Source of the DNA: Nitrospirota bacterium
Lineage (GTDB): Bacteria; Nitrospirota; UBA9217
Assembly (NCBI GenBank): GCA_963818475.1
Contig: CAWFSF010000006.1
Span: forward strand, 1,952,001 to 2,016,000
DNA length: 64,000 bases
Direction: 5' to 3'
In this document: positions 32,608 through 43,453 of the stretch, one piece after another
Layout: every line of letters begins with the position of its first letter
How positions within the stretch are numbered: the stretch's first letter is position 1
Position numbers and translations under genes: made by a program
Notes under the pieces: model-generated
Database searches by the model: none
What the model saw: only the letters and a program-made list of their open reading frames with translations
Told to the model about the DNA's origin: nothing

Positions 32608-33925
32608 ATGAAGATCCTGATCGTTGATGATGAGAAGAACCTGCGGCAGGTCCTTGCGGTCGAGCTCGCCGCTGAGGGCGATGACGTCGATGCTGCAGAG
32701 GACGGCCTCACCGCCCTGGAGTTTCTCGAAAAAACGGAATACGACGTAGTGCTGCTGGACCTGAACATGCCCCGCATGGGCGGCATCGATGTCCTGAAGA
32801 AGATGCGGGCCCTCGATATGCCCGCCGAAGTGATCATCTTGACCGCGAACACGACCATCTCCGCTGCGGTCGAGGCCATGAAGCTCGGAGCCTACGATTA
32901 CCTGACCAAGCCCTTCAGGATGGAGGAGCTCTCACCGGTCATTGAAAAAGCCTTTGAAAAAAAGAAGCTCCGCAGCGAAAACCTCATTCTGAAAACGCAG
33001 ATCGAACGGCAGCAGGACAGCCGCCGCATCGTGGCAAAAAGCCCTGCCATGCTGGAGCTGCTGAAAACCGTCAGGAAGATCGCTGCTTCCGACTACCCGG
33101 TGCTGATCACCGGTGAAAGCGGCGTGGGCAAAGAACTCATTGCAGCGAGCATTCACGCCGGATCAAAGCGGCCGGACAAGCCCTTTATCGCCGCTGAACT
33201 GCGCCGCCATCCCCGAGAGCATGGTCGAGAGCGAGCTCTTTGGCCATGAAAAAGGCGCCTTTACGGGCGCCCAGGACAGAAAGCTCGGCCTGTTTGAAGT
33301 GGCGAACAAAGGGACCCTCTTTCTTGACGAGATCGGCGACATGCCCCTGGCGCTCCAGGTGAAGCTGCTCCGCGTCATAGAAACAGGGGTCTTTTTCCGG
33401 CTCGGCGGCATCCGGGAACAGACGGTGGATATCAGGATCGTTGCAGCAACAAACAAGGACCTGAAGGCCGAGATCGCGCGGGGTTCCTTCCGTCTGGACC
33501 TGTACTACCGCATCTCGTCGTTCATTGTACCGGTCATGCCGCTGCGCGATCGTCCCGAGGACATTCCGGATCTCATCGAGTATTTTAAAAATCGCTCTCC
33601 CGAGTTCCGTCATAAGCAATTCAGCAAGGAAGCGCTTGCGGTCCTGTCACGATACCCCTGGCCCGGGAACGTGCGGGAGCTGCAAAATGTGCTTCACCGC
33701 GCCCTCCTCCTGTCGAAGGACGATGTCATCGAACCATCTGACCTCCCCCTGGACCTCCGCGGGGCGCAGCAGCCCGGCAGCGACCGCCTTGAGGACGTCG
33801 AACGGGAGCATATCCTGAAGGTCCTGAAAGCATCCGACGGCCAGCGGAACCGGGCTGCCGAGGCGCTCGGCATAGACCCGAAGACCCTCTATCGCAAACT
33901 GGCCGCCTATGGTTTGAAAGAGTGA
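32608..33925 (+). CDS. sigma54-dependent response regulator (NtrC/AtoC family; frameshift near 33190)
   Basis: [41 protein letters not shown], Fis-type HTH. Confidence 0.93.
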
Positions 33926-34064
33926 GGGGAATAACTATTCAGGTTAACGGTTGTAAGGATGAAGGCGGCAGAAGCATTGTTATTTTTCACCTTCAGTCTT
34001 CAGCCTTCATTCTATCCGCCTGAACAGGCCGTTTCCCCGTTCTTCACCATGAGGGAATGAAAAC

Positions 34065-35792
34065 ATGCACGACAATAAAGACCATTCCGAAGACACGACC
34101 GTAGCGACCCTGCGACAGGCCTTAGCAAAAGCAGAAGCGGAAAGGGACCGGGCAATTACCGCCCGGAATCGATCGGAGGCGGACCTGCTGGAACGAACTC
34201 AGCAGGCCTTGCTCGGCGCCGATGTCGGCGTCGCCCTGACCCGGGGAGACGACCTCCATTCCATGCTCCAGTCCTGCGCGGATGCGCAGGTCAGGCACCT
34301 TGACGCGTTCCTGGCGCGGATCTGGACGCTGAACGAGGACGAGAACACCCTTGAACTACAGGCGAGTGCGGGTGCCTATACGCATCTCGACGGCCCCCAC
34401 AGCCGCATACCGCTCGACCGCTATGACTCTAAGATCGGGTGGATCGCAAAGAACCGGAAACCGCACCTCACCAATGCCATGATCGGCGATCCGCTCATCA
34501 GCGACCAGGAGTGGGCGCGCCGGGAGAAGGTCGTTGCCTTTGCCGGTCATCCGCTGGTCGTGGAGGAACGCCTCGTCGGCGTCATGGGGATGTTCTTCCG
34601 CAACGAGCTGTCCGAGTCCGCTTTGCAGGCGCTGTCATCGATCGCCAATGAGATCGCGCTGGGCATCGAGCACAAGCGGGCTGAGCGGGAACGGGAGAAC
34701 ATCGCCCGGGAATTGCAGAAGCTGATCGACAAGGTCAAGAACTCCCAGCGGGAATGGCAGGATACCTTCGACAATATCCAGGACCCGATCTATATCACCG
34801 ACACGGACTATACCATCAAACGGGCCAACCAGGCGTTCATCGATTTTGTGGGCAAGCCCTTTTCCGCGGTCCTGGACCGGAAGTGTTACGAGCTGCTCCA
34901 CGGGACCGGCGAACCATACCCGCATTGTCCACACCAGTCGTTGCAGAAAACAGGCGTGCCTGTTGATGTCGAGATCACGGACCCGGTCCGTAAAAAGACC
35001 CTGGTGGTGTCTCATTTCCCCTACTCGCTGACGGATGGAACTTTCGGCGGATTGGTCAGCCTCATCAGGGATGTTACGGAAGACCGGGAAAAAGAGATGC
35101 GGCTGATCATGGCAGAGCGGCTGGGCTCCCTGGGCCAAATGGCAGCCAGCATCGCCCACGAGATCAACAACCCCCTCGCATCGATCCTCGGCTGCGCCGA
35201 TGCGTTGCATCTGCGGGTCAAAAAGGACAGGTATGATGCCGTCCTGTTCGAGAAGTACCTGACGATCGTTCAGGAAGAGGTGGCGCGATGCAAGAATATA
35301 ACGACCAACATGCTCTCTGTTTCGAGAAATGCGACCTACGAGAAGGGGACCATTGATATCAATGTTGCCCTGCAGCGGACCATCGAGCTCATGGGATATC
35401 AGGGGCGGTTGAAGAACCTGCAGATCAATAAGGAGTTTGCTTCGGGGCTGCCGCCGCTGCAGGGGAACGAAGGCGAACTGCGGCAGGTTTTCATCGCCGT
35501 CATCACGAATGCTCTCGACGCCATGAACGACTCTGGTGTGCTCACCATCGCGACCCGCGAGGAGGGCAATATTCTCTCCATCACGATCGGAGACACCGGC
35601 CCCGGCATCCCTCAGGAACTGGTCAGCAGGGTCTTCGATCCCTTCTTTACCACAAAGTCCGGCCAGGGGGGCACCGGCCTCGGCCTCCCTATCGCCAGAA
35701 AGATCGTGGACAACTACAAGGGAGAAATCACCCTGGTGTCCGTGCAGGGGAAGGGCACGACCTTCACGATCACGTTGCCGGTGAAGCAATGA
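34065..35792 (+). CDS. GAF-PAS sensor histidine kinase
   Basis: GAF (LELQASAG..FAGHPL), PAS (KCYELLHG..CP), AHEINNPL, FFTTK, GTGLGL. Confidence 0.92.
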   Translation: MHDNKDHSEDTTVATLRQALAKAEAERDRAITARNRSEADLLERTQQALLGADVGVALTRGDDLHSMLQSCADAQVRHLDAFLARIWTLNEDENTLELQASAGAYTHLDGPHSRIPLDRYDSKIGWIAKNRKPHLTNAMIGDPLISDQEWARREKVVAFAGHPLVVEERLVGVMGMFFRNELSESALQALSSIANEIALGIEHKRAERERENIARELQKLIDKVKNSQREWQDTFDNIQDPIYITDTDYTIKRANQAFIDFVGKPFSAVLDRKCYELLHGTGEPYPHCPHQSLQKTGVPVDVEITDPVRKKTLVVSHFPYSLTDGTFGGLVSLIRDVTEDREKEMRLIMAERLGSLGQMAASIAHEINNPLASILGCADALHLRVKKDRYDAVLFEKYLTIVQEEVARCKNITTNMLSVSRNATYEKGTIDINVALQRTIELMGYQGRLKNLQINKEFASGLPPLQGNEGELRQVFIAVITNALDAMNDSGVLTIATREEGNILSITIGDTGPGIPQELVSRVFDPFFTTKSGQGGTGLGLPIARKIVDNYKGEITLVSVQGKGTTFTITLPVKQ

Positions 35793-35850
35793 CGCTGAAA
35801 CCTGAAGGGAATTACACGAGAAAAAAAACCCTTTTATCCTAAAAACGGTA

Positions 35851-36011
35851 TTTGGACACGGAAGAATCGGAAACATCTGATTACCAGAAGTAGGCGCTTC
35901 TAAGCGACGCGGATAAATTCTAAAGCAAAGCATTCACCTATTGGGTGAACCTCTTATAAAAGAAATAATCCGCCGTTATCCGGCTCTTATCCGTGTTAAT
36001 CCGTGTCCAAA
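35851..36011. repeat. Inverted repeat (empty), part of a nested repeat cluster at about 35810-36150
   Basis: TTTGGACACGGA (35851-35862) vs TCCGTGTCCAAA (36000-36011), with periodic ATCCG units. Confidence 0.6.
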
Positions 36012-36024
36012 TGCTTTTTTAGGG

Positions 36025-36060
36025 TTTATCCGCAGATTCCGCAGACGGCCGCAGATTTTA
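36025..36060. repeat. Left arm of a 9-mer-period inverted repeat bracketing the two-CW genes
   Basis: TTTATCCGCAGATTCCGCAGACGGCCGCAGATTTTA, complementary to 37174-37210. Confidence 0.7.
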
Positions 36061-36331
36061 AACATAATTCAGGCTTGGTTTAATCTGACCTGAGCAGCAC
36101 CTTCCCTTCCTTGGTGTAATTCGCCTTCATTCGTGAAATTCGCGACTCACTATCTTTTTCAGGATAATTATTCATCTCCCGCACGATCTTGACGTTCTGC
36201 CGGACTTTGCGCGCCTCCCATCGGCTGCTCCTCCTCACGTCGGGCATTATGCCACTCCGCAAGGACAATTCGCCCCGACAAATCAAGGATTGCCAGCAAA
36301 GCATCTCCTGAAGAATCAAAGAGTTACTACC

Positions 36332-36347
36332 TGGCAAATCTCTTGCA
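36332..36347 (+). promoter_or_regulatory. sigma54 (-24/-12) promoter
   Basis: TGGCAAATCTCTTGCA = GG-N10-GC, about 46 nt before the ATG at 36394. Confidence 0.65.
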
Positions 36348-36393
36348 GACTGTTGCAGAGTGAGATACCGAGAGAGATTCAAGGAGGGGTGCC

Positions 36394-36759
36394 ATGAAAG
36401 TCAATTGCTGGGAACATAAAAAGTGCGGAAGACAGCCAGGCGGACATAAAGCACAGGAACTCGGCATATGCCCGGTCACGACCTATCGGGAACTGAGCGG
36501 GGCACACAGCGGAACGAACGCGGGCAGAGCCTGCTGGGCGATTGCCGGCTCCCTCTGCGGCGGAAAGATCCAGGGGACCTATGCGCAGAAGCTGCATAAC
36601 TGCTGGAGATGCGATTTCATGAATCTCGTTAAAAAAGAGGAAGAGCCCGCTCCGCTCGGATTTTCGGCCACGCGCCTGGGCATGGAGCGTTCGATCGAAA
36701 AGCAGACGGCTGCCCCGTTTTCCCCGACAGCGGCGGGCCGGAACGTGAACGACCATTAG
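36394..36759 (+). CDS. Two-CW-domain Cys-rich protein
   Basis: NCWEHKKCGR.PGG..CP..GRACW.IAG.LCGG.IQG..C..CDF; AAGGAGG RBS. Confidence 0.85.
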   Translation: MKVNCWEHKKCGRQPGGHKAQELGICPVTTYRELSGAHSGTNAGRACWAIAGSLCGGKIQGTYAQKLHNCWRCDFMNLVKKEEEPAPLGFSATRLGMERSIEKQTAAPFSPTAAGRNVNDH

Positions 36760-36828
36760 GTCCTGTACGTATGGTTGGCAGTCCGACATGGCTAACTTGT
36801 TTTTATTGATAAAGGAGAATGAAGCGCT

Positions 36829-37152
36829 TTGAAAAAGAACTGCTGGGAGCACAAGAACTGTGGAAGAGAGCCGGGTGGTAAAAACGCCGCGGCACTGGGA
36901 ACATGCCCGGCCACGACCGATAAGCGGCTCCATGGCGTCCATGACGGAAAGAACGGCGGACGTGCCTGCTGGATGATCGCCGGTACGCTCTGCGGCGGAA
37001 AAATTCAGGGGACCTTCGGCATGAAGTATAAAACCTGCGAACAGTGCGATTTTTACCAGAGCACCAGGGCCGAGGAACGGTCGGGCTTCAAGCTTTCCGC
37101 ATTGCTCCTTAATAAGATGAAACCGGCTCCGGCCCCTGCAGCGCAGGTTTGA
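36829..37152 (+). CDS. Two-CW-domain Cys-rich protein (paralog)
   Basis: NCWEHKNCGREPGG..CP..GRACWMIAGTLCGGKIQG..CEQCDFY; TTG start after AAGGAG. Confidence 0.82.
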   Translation: MKKNCWEHKNCGREPGGKNAAALGTCPATTDKRLHGVHDGKNGGRACWMIAGTLCGGKIQGTFGMKYKTCEQCDFYQSTRAEERSGFKLSALLLNKMKPAPAPAAQV

Positions 37153-37173
37153 TCGTACCGCGCATGACGGAGG

Positions 37174-37210
37174 TAAAAGTCTGCGTCCATCTGCGAAGTC
37201 TGCGGATAAA
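37174..37210. repeat. Right arm of the 9-mer-period inverted repeat
   Basis: TAAAAGTCTGCGTCCATCTGCGAAGTCTGCGGATAAA. Confidence 0.7.
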
Positions 37211-37294
37211 AGATTTTTCTCTGGCGTATCGCCATTCTGATTTCTGGCGTGCTGAATAGTTGCGAATTTAGAATGGCGACCAACCGGGAGAAAC

Positions 37295-37663
37295 ATGGCA
37301 AATGTCCTCATCGGTGCTATTGACGGGAACCTTGGATACGTTCTCGGCAACGAACTGGAAGACGAAGGGCATAGGGTCGGACGTATGCCCGCGGGCAAGG
37401 AATTGACCGCCCATATCGCGGATCATCCGGCCTATGACGTCGTTCTCATAGATCTCCCGACCTCATGCCTGAGCGATCTCACCTCGCTCAGATCGATCAA
37501 AAAGAACTGCCCCCATATCCATATCATCGTTTTTTCCGACAGGGTCGCTCCACAGGAGCGGTCGGCCCTGCTTGCCAGCGGTGCGGACCGGAGCTTTATG
37601 AAACATGAGATCAACGATCTGAAAGAACATCTGCGTCAGAACTTCCCGGTACACGGCAGCTGA
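37295..37663 (+). CDS. Stand-alone, somewhat atypical receiver domain
   Basis: YDVVLIDL, IIVFSD, GAD.SFMK; acidic pocket reduced (GAIDG). Confidence 0.7.
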   Translation: MANVLIGAIDGNLGYVLGNELEDEGHRVGRMPAGKELTAHIADHPAYDVVLIDLPTSCLSDLTSLRSIKKNCPHIHIIVFSDRVAPQERSALLASGADRSFMKHEINDLKEHLRQNFPVHGS

Positions 37664-37732
37664 GGCAAGAACGTCCGGCGCGGGATGGGCGAACGCTGTT
37701 GAACACCATGACCAGACAGACTAAGCAGCACG

Positions 37733-40631
37733 ATGAGGTTTGATCACGTGAAACCCTCTACACAGATCCAGGAGAACGGCCCTTCAGGAACAACGCTGCT
37801 GGAATACGGGCCAGACCGTGCCCTGCCGGAGCCTGACGAACGCCTTAACCGGCTGAAGCGGTTGGCCAAGCTCGGTTTTGCCCTGACCGGCGATCCCATC
37901 GACGTGTTTCGCCATATCGCCGGTATGATCGGCGAACTGCTGGACGTCTCGGTGGTGAACCTTTCCGAGATCCGGGGAGAGGAGCTTTTCTTTCTCAGCA
38001 CTTATGCGAAGGGCGAGGTGCGAACCTATACCGGGACCTGCAAGCTCGAAAATACGCCATGCGCGACCGTCCAGGAGGCGAAGGACCTCCGGGTGTACCA
38101 GGATGTCATGACAAAGTTCCCGGAAGCGATTTTTTTGCGGGCGTTCAACGCCTATACCTATTGCGGATTCCCAGCACTGGACGGGAACGGCACGGTGGTG
38201 GCCGTGATCTGCATCCTCGACGACAAGCAGCGTGACTTTTCCGAGGAGGATAAGGACCTCCTCAAGATCCTGGCGCACCGGATCGGCCTTGAACTGGAGC
38301 GTCAAAAACATATCGACGAACATGCGCGAAAAGATATTGAACTCCAAAAAGCGGTCCAGCGTGCTGAGGAGGAAAAAGCGAGGACCGAGGCGATTATTGC
38401 GGCCATCGGAGACGGCATAAGCATTCTGGACACCGATTTCAAGGTCCTGTACCAGAACGAGATCCACAAGAAGCTTGCCGGCGATCATGTCGGCGAGTAC
38501 TGCTACCAGGCCTTTGAACATAAAAATGAACGGTGCGAAGTATGCCCCGTGGCCATGACGTTCATGGACGGGAAGGTCCACACGGTGGAACTGAGCGCTG
38601 CGGCCGGGACCGTGACCCTGCATGTCGAGACCACGGCGTCCCCTCTGCGGGACGTGAACGGCAGGATCGTCGCAGGGATCGAGGTCGTACGGGACATCAC
38701 CGCACGCAAGCGGGCCGAGGAGCAGATGTACCAGATCCAGCGGGACTGGGAAGACACGTTCAATACCATCACCGACATGATCACGGTCCATGACAAGGAC
38801 TTCAATATCATCCGCGCGAATAAGGCTGCCGAGCAGATTCTGGGCCTTCCGACCCTCGGCGCGTCATCGGTGAAGTGCTATGAAAAGTACCACGGGACCG
38901 ATCTGCCCACCCTCGGGATGCGCCAGCTGCCAGAGCCTCCTGACCGGGGCGCCCACGAACGTCGAGGTGTTCGAACCCCACTTGAATAAGTTTATCGAGA
39001 TCCGGGCCATCCCGCGCTTTGACAGCAAGAGCAATCTGACCGGACTTATCCATGTGGTCAGGGACATCACCAAGCGCAAGCACGCTGAAGAAACGCTCCA
39101 GTCGCACCACAATTTTTTACAGGTCATGATCGATACCATCCCGACACCGGTCTTCTACAGGAACGCTAACGGTGTGTTTCTCGGTTTCAACAAAGCTTTT
39201 GAATCCGTTGTGGGGAAGAGCGACGCGGAGTTGATCGGCAAGACCATCGACGATGTCGCACCGAGACATATTGCCGACATGTACCACGAAGCGGACATGG
39301 CGCTGCTCCAGCAGGAAGACCCACAGCATGCCTACGAGAGCTCGGTGATCTACGCCGACGGAACGGCCCACGACGTCATCTTCAACAAGGCTGTCTTTCA
39401 TAATCCCGATGGCACCACGGGAGGAGTTGTCGAGGTCATGATCGACATCACGGAGCGCAAGAAGCTCGAAGAACAGCTGTTTCATGCGCAGAAGATGGAA
39501 GCCGTGGGCCAGCTTGCCGGCGGCATCGCCCATGACTTCAACAATATCCTGTCGGCGATCATCGGCTACGGTTCAATTCTCCAGATGCGGGTCAAGCCGG
39601 GCGAACCGCTCCGGCACAACATTGACCAGATCCTTGCATCAGCAGACCGGGCCGCCAAACTGACGCAGGGGCTCCTTTCCTTCAGCAGAAAACAGATCAT
39701 CAACCCCAAACCGCTCAAACTGAACGAGTTGGTCGAGAAGGCCCGGAACTTCCTTGCCCGCCTGATCGGCGAGAACATCGAGCTCAAATCGTTCCTGTCC
39801 AGCCTCGACCCGACCGTGCTGGCCGACACAGGACAGATTGAACAGGTCCTGATGAACCTGGCGACCAATGCGCGGGATGTGATGCCGGACGGCGGAACGC
39901 TGTTCCTGGAAACCGCTACCATGGAACTGGATGGGTCATTCACTAACAAGCATCCCTATGGAAAGCCCGGCAAATACGCGGTGTTGTCCGTTGCCGATTC
40001 CGGCTGCGGCATGGACGAACAGACGCGTGCCCGGATCTTCGAGCCGTTCTTTACCACCAAGGAGCTCGGCAAAGGCACGGGACTGGGGCTCGCGATCGTC
40101 TACGGCATCATCAAGCAGCACAAGGGGTACATCAGTGTTTACAGCGAACAGGGCATTGGCACGACCTTCAAGATCTATCTCCCGCTCATTCAAACAAAGG
40201 TCGAGGAGAGAAAAGAGGAGCCTGCTCGGGAAGAGGATGTGATCGGAGGCAAGGAGACCATACTCGTGGCTGAAGACGATGCTACCGTGCGAAAGCTCGT
40301 GGTGACCGTGCTGAGGTCCTTCGGCTACACCGTCATTGAGGCGGCCGATGGCGCCGAGGCGGTCGACCGGTTCGCGGAACACGCGGGCAGCATCGATCTC
40401 GTGCTTACGGACACGATCATGCCAAGAAAGAACGGCAGAGAGGCCTACGGGGAGATGCGGACGATCCGGCAGGACGTCCCGGCGCTCTTCACGAGCGGTT
40501 ATTCCAAGGAGGTCCTGCGGAAAAAGAGCATTATCGATAATGACCCGGACTTCATCCTGAAGCCGGTCACGCCGCGTGAGCTCCTGAGGCGGGTGCGCGA
40601 GGTCCTGGACCGGCCCCGCGCGGGATCCTGA
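37733..40631 (+). CDS. GAF-PAS-PAS-PAS hybrid histidine kinase (frameshift near 38905)
   Basis: GAF (NTPCATV..YCGFP), three PAS domains, [20 protein letters not shown], HATPase, REC. Confidence 0.9.
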
Positions 40632-40776
40632 AAAAGCCATTGGACTCGAAAAAATCGGATTGCCGCCAGATAGACGAAAAAGGTCTGCATGACTAATGCG
40701 GATTCACAGAATACAGAAAACCTGGAATATCTTATAAACGGCATTTACTACACCATTCAGAAGTAAAACCTCATGC

Positions 40777-40852
40777 CGTCATTCCGGGCTTGACCCGGAA
40801 TCCAGTCGTTTTTCAGCGAAATCACTGGATTCCCGCTTTCGCGGGAATGACG
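40777..40852. repeat. CGTC-type REP-like palindrome pair
   Basis: CGTCATTCCGGGCTTGACCCGGAATCCAG..CTGGATTCCCGCTTTCGCGGGAATGACG; same family as 991-1061. Confidence 0.8.
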
Positions 40853-40901
40853 ATCAGGTGGTGCATACTAACGCATTTCTTAGTAATCCGATTCTTCCGT
40901 G

Positions 40902-41507
40902 TCATATTTTTCTGAGCACCCCCACGACCTTGCCGAGCACCCGCAGATCGCCCTGCTCAACATAGATCGGCCGCATGGTGCGGTTCTCCGGCTGCAGCCG
41001 TACGCGGTTCTTTTCCATAAAGAACCGCTTGACCGTTGCCTCGCCATCGACCATAGCGACCACGATATCGCCGTCACGCGCCACGTTCTGCGAATGGACA
41101 ATAAGGCTGTCGCCGTCCACGATATGGGAGTCCACCATACTGTCGCCCTTCACCTTCAGGGCGAATATTCCCTGCGGAGATCTGAGCCTGAACAGGGAGA
41201 GATCGACCTTGATCTCCCCTTCCCGGTGCTCGGGCGAGAGCACCGGCGTGCCGGCCGCCACCCTGCCGAGCAGGGGTATCGACGCCATGGGCCGCTCTCC
41301 TGACGTCAGGCGGATCCCGTGGGACTTCCCGCGCTCTCGCGTGATCAAACCGCCCCGTTCAAGGGCTGCCAGATGGCGGTCCACACCGTTCGTGGACTTG
41401 ATGCCGAACTCCGCGCCGATCTCGCGCATGGTCGGTGGGATGCCGCGTTCGTCGATGGATGCCCTGATGAATTCGTAGATCTCCTGCTGCCGTTCAGTGA
41501 TGGCCAT
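40902..41507 (-). CDS. lexA: SOS repressor LexA
   Basis: TERQQEIY..PPTMREIG, LLGRVAAG (Ala-Gly cleavage site), GDSM (Ser), TVKR (Lys). Confidence 0.96.
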   Translation of the reverse strand: MAITERQQEIYEFIRASIDERGIPPTMREIGAEFGIKSTNGVDRHLAALERGGLITRERGKSHGIRLTSGERPMASIPLLGRVAAGTPVLSPEHREGEIKVDLSLFRLRSPQGIFALKVKGDSMVDSHIVDGDSLIVHSQNVARDGDIVVAMVDGEATVKRFFMEKNRVRLQPENRTMRPIYVEQGDLRVLGKVVGVLRKI

Positions 41508-41521
41508 ATAACACCCCTTTC

Positions 41522-41553
41522 AATTGCGGATTTCGGATTGCGGATTTCGGATT
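41522..41553. repeat. Heptamer tandem repeat, left arm bracketing the four-helix-bundle gene
   Basis: AATTGCGG ATTTCGG ATTGCGG ATTTCGG ATT. Confidence 0.85.
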
Positions 41554-41634
41554 AACACCGAAAAAGGGAACCTCAAATCCAACGGATATTTGTTTTGCCC
41601 GAGGGATTATGAAAATAATATATGAAGCGTGCTC

Positions 41635-41994
41635 TCAGGCCTTTGTTTTTTTTCTTGCCGTATTAATCGAAGATACCGTTATTGCCAAGAGTTCGTTTGC
41701 TTCTTTCATAAGCTCTTTTGTTCGCTGCTCATTGATCAGGCCGCTTTCCCCAAGAAGTTCCATCCAAAAAATCGACTCATCAGCTTCTTCTTCAACGATA
41801 CACATCTTATTGATAAAATCAGCAGAGGACCTTGACCTGCAGGCAGCCCGATAGTTCGCCGCCACCGATGTTCCCGACCTCAACAACTGCCTGCCCATCA
41901 CATCAGACGCCCTACCCTGAGGAAGCGTATCAATCATCTTAACAACTCTTAGTGAAAAATTCTTCATCCTTACTTTCATAGTCTCAGGATCCAT
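41635..41994 (-). CDS. Four-helix-bundle protein (23S rRNA intervening-sequence protein family)
   Basis: FSLRVVKM..LP..QLLRSGTSVAANYRAACRSRS.ADFINKM.IVEEEADES.FW.ELL..EANELLAI. Confidence 0.92.
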   Translation of the reverse strand: MDPETMKVRMKNFSLRVVKMIDTLPQGRASDVMGRQLLRSGTSVAANYRAACRSRSSADFINKMCIVEEEADESIFWMELLGESGLINEQRTKELMKEANELLAITVSSINTARKKTKA

Positions 41995-42022
41995 ATTTAC
42001 GTCCTTCCGATTTTGCCTTTTA

Positions 42023-42054
42023 AATCCGCAATCCGAAATCCGCAATCCGAAATT
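42023..42054. repeat. Heptamer tandem repeat, right arm (inverted relative to 41522)
   Basis: AATCCGC AATCCGA AATCCGC AATCCGA AATT. Confidence 0.85.
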
Positions 42055-42055
42055 C

Positions 42056-43328
42056 CTAATATTGCCTGTCCCCTGCCGGCCGCCATGCAGGCGAAATGAC
42101 CCTCTCGTGATGAGCGCGTTCGGCCAGCGTGCCCCAGGTGACAGTGTAGTTCCCGTACCGGTCGTTGATATCGTCCATGGCCTCGGCAATGAACCCGCGC
42201 TTCCGCTCTTCGGTGAACAATGGCATCTGCACTGCATTCCGTTCAAGGCCCGACATGCTGACGCCTACCAGCCTTATTGCCTGGTGCAAAGGCAGTTCGC
42301 GCAGCAGGCCCATTGCGGCTGCATAAATATCCAGTCCGTGGTTGACCGTATGCTGCAGCCGCCGTTGTTTCGAAAAGGTATGGAAGTCAGAATATCGGAT
42401 GGTCAGGGTAACGGTCCTGCCGCGGTATCCTGCCCCGCCGGAGCCGCTGGCCCACTTTTTCGGAAAGCTGCAGCAGGTGCCGTTCGATCATCGTCCGGTC
42501 CGCGCAGTCCTCCTCGAGCGTCATGCTGTGGCCCATGGACCTGCTTGCTTCAGCCTCCTGCTCCGCGGCAGACACGACCGGGTCGTCGTCGATACCCCGG
42601 GCCATGTCACGAAGCCGTTCTCCGAGAATGCCGAACCGGGCTGTGAGCATGCGGACCGAAGCGCGACCCAGTTCCCCGCAGGTCTGGATCCCCATGGACG
42701 CGAGCTGTTTCGTCAGGTTCGGACCGATGCCGCAGATCTGCTGTACCGGCAGGTCTTCCAGCACATCGGCCACGAAGTCGGGAGTGATCAGCACCAGGCC
42801 GTCCGGCTTCTGGAGATCGCTTCCCAGTTTTGCCAAAAGCTTGTTCGGCGCAATGCCGATGGAACAGAGAAGCCCCATCTCTTCCCAGATCCGCTCCTTG
42901 ATCCTGAGAGCAATGCGAACCGGGTCCCCGAACAGCGCCTCGCAGCCGGTCACATCGAGAAAAGCCTCGTCAATGGAGAATAGCTCGACCACGGGCGTGA
43001 ATTCGCTCCAGATGGCGATCAGGCGTTCGCAGGCCTGGGAATACTTTGCGGAATCGGCGATCGCCATGACGATCCCGGGACAAGCTTTCTTCGCCTCGCC
43101 ATAGGTCATGCCGGTCTTTACACCATAGGCACGGGCCTCGTAAGAGGGTGACAATATCACGCCCCGGTGCTTCGAACCGATCACGGCTATGGGCCGGTCC
43201 CGGAGCGCGGGATTCGCCCGCTGCTCCACCGAGGCGAAAAAAGCGTTCATGTCCACATGCAAAATCGTTTTAATTGCGGATTTCGGATTGCAGATTGCGG
43301 ATTTATCACAGAGCGTAGAAGACACCAT
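42056..43328 (-). CDS. dinB: DNA polymerase IV (frameshift near 42430)
   Basis: ILHVDMNAFFASVEQ, SYEARAYGV, SIDEAFLD, GIAPNKLLAKLGSDLQKPDG, IRLVGVS. Confidence 0.95.
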
Positions 43329-43394
43329 GGGAGTTATCCTTTCAGGCTTTCTCGTATATGCGCATTTTAAATCCATCAACGGGCACGAGAATCA

Positions 43395-43422
43395 TAGGTG
43401 AGGGTTTTAAACCCGCCCCTAC
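43395..43422. repeat. GTAG-type REP-like hairpin in the dinB leader
   Basis: Minus strand reads GTAGGGGCGGGTTTAAAACCCTCACCTA; a related copy lies near 46320-46347. Confidence 0.55.
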
Positions 43423-43453
43423 CTTTTGTTCGTTATTCATTGGTAATGATTTG

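Noticed and set aside
34635-37398. Long antisense ORFs (34635-35933 and 36379-37398) and similar shadow ORFs elsewhere
   Set aside because: They lie opposite well-supported genes in GC-rich DNA and have no recognisable motifs.
41635-41994. Diversity-generating retroelement (Avd-like gene)
   Set aside because: No reverse transcriptase or TR/VR repeat pair is visible in the window.
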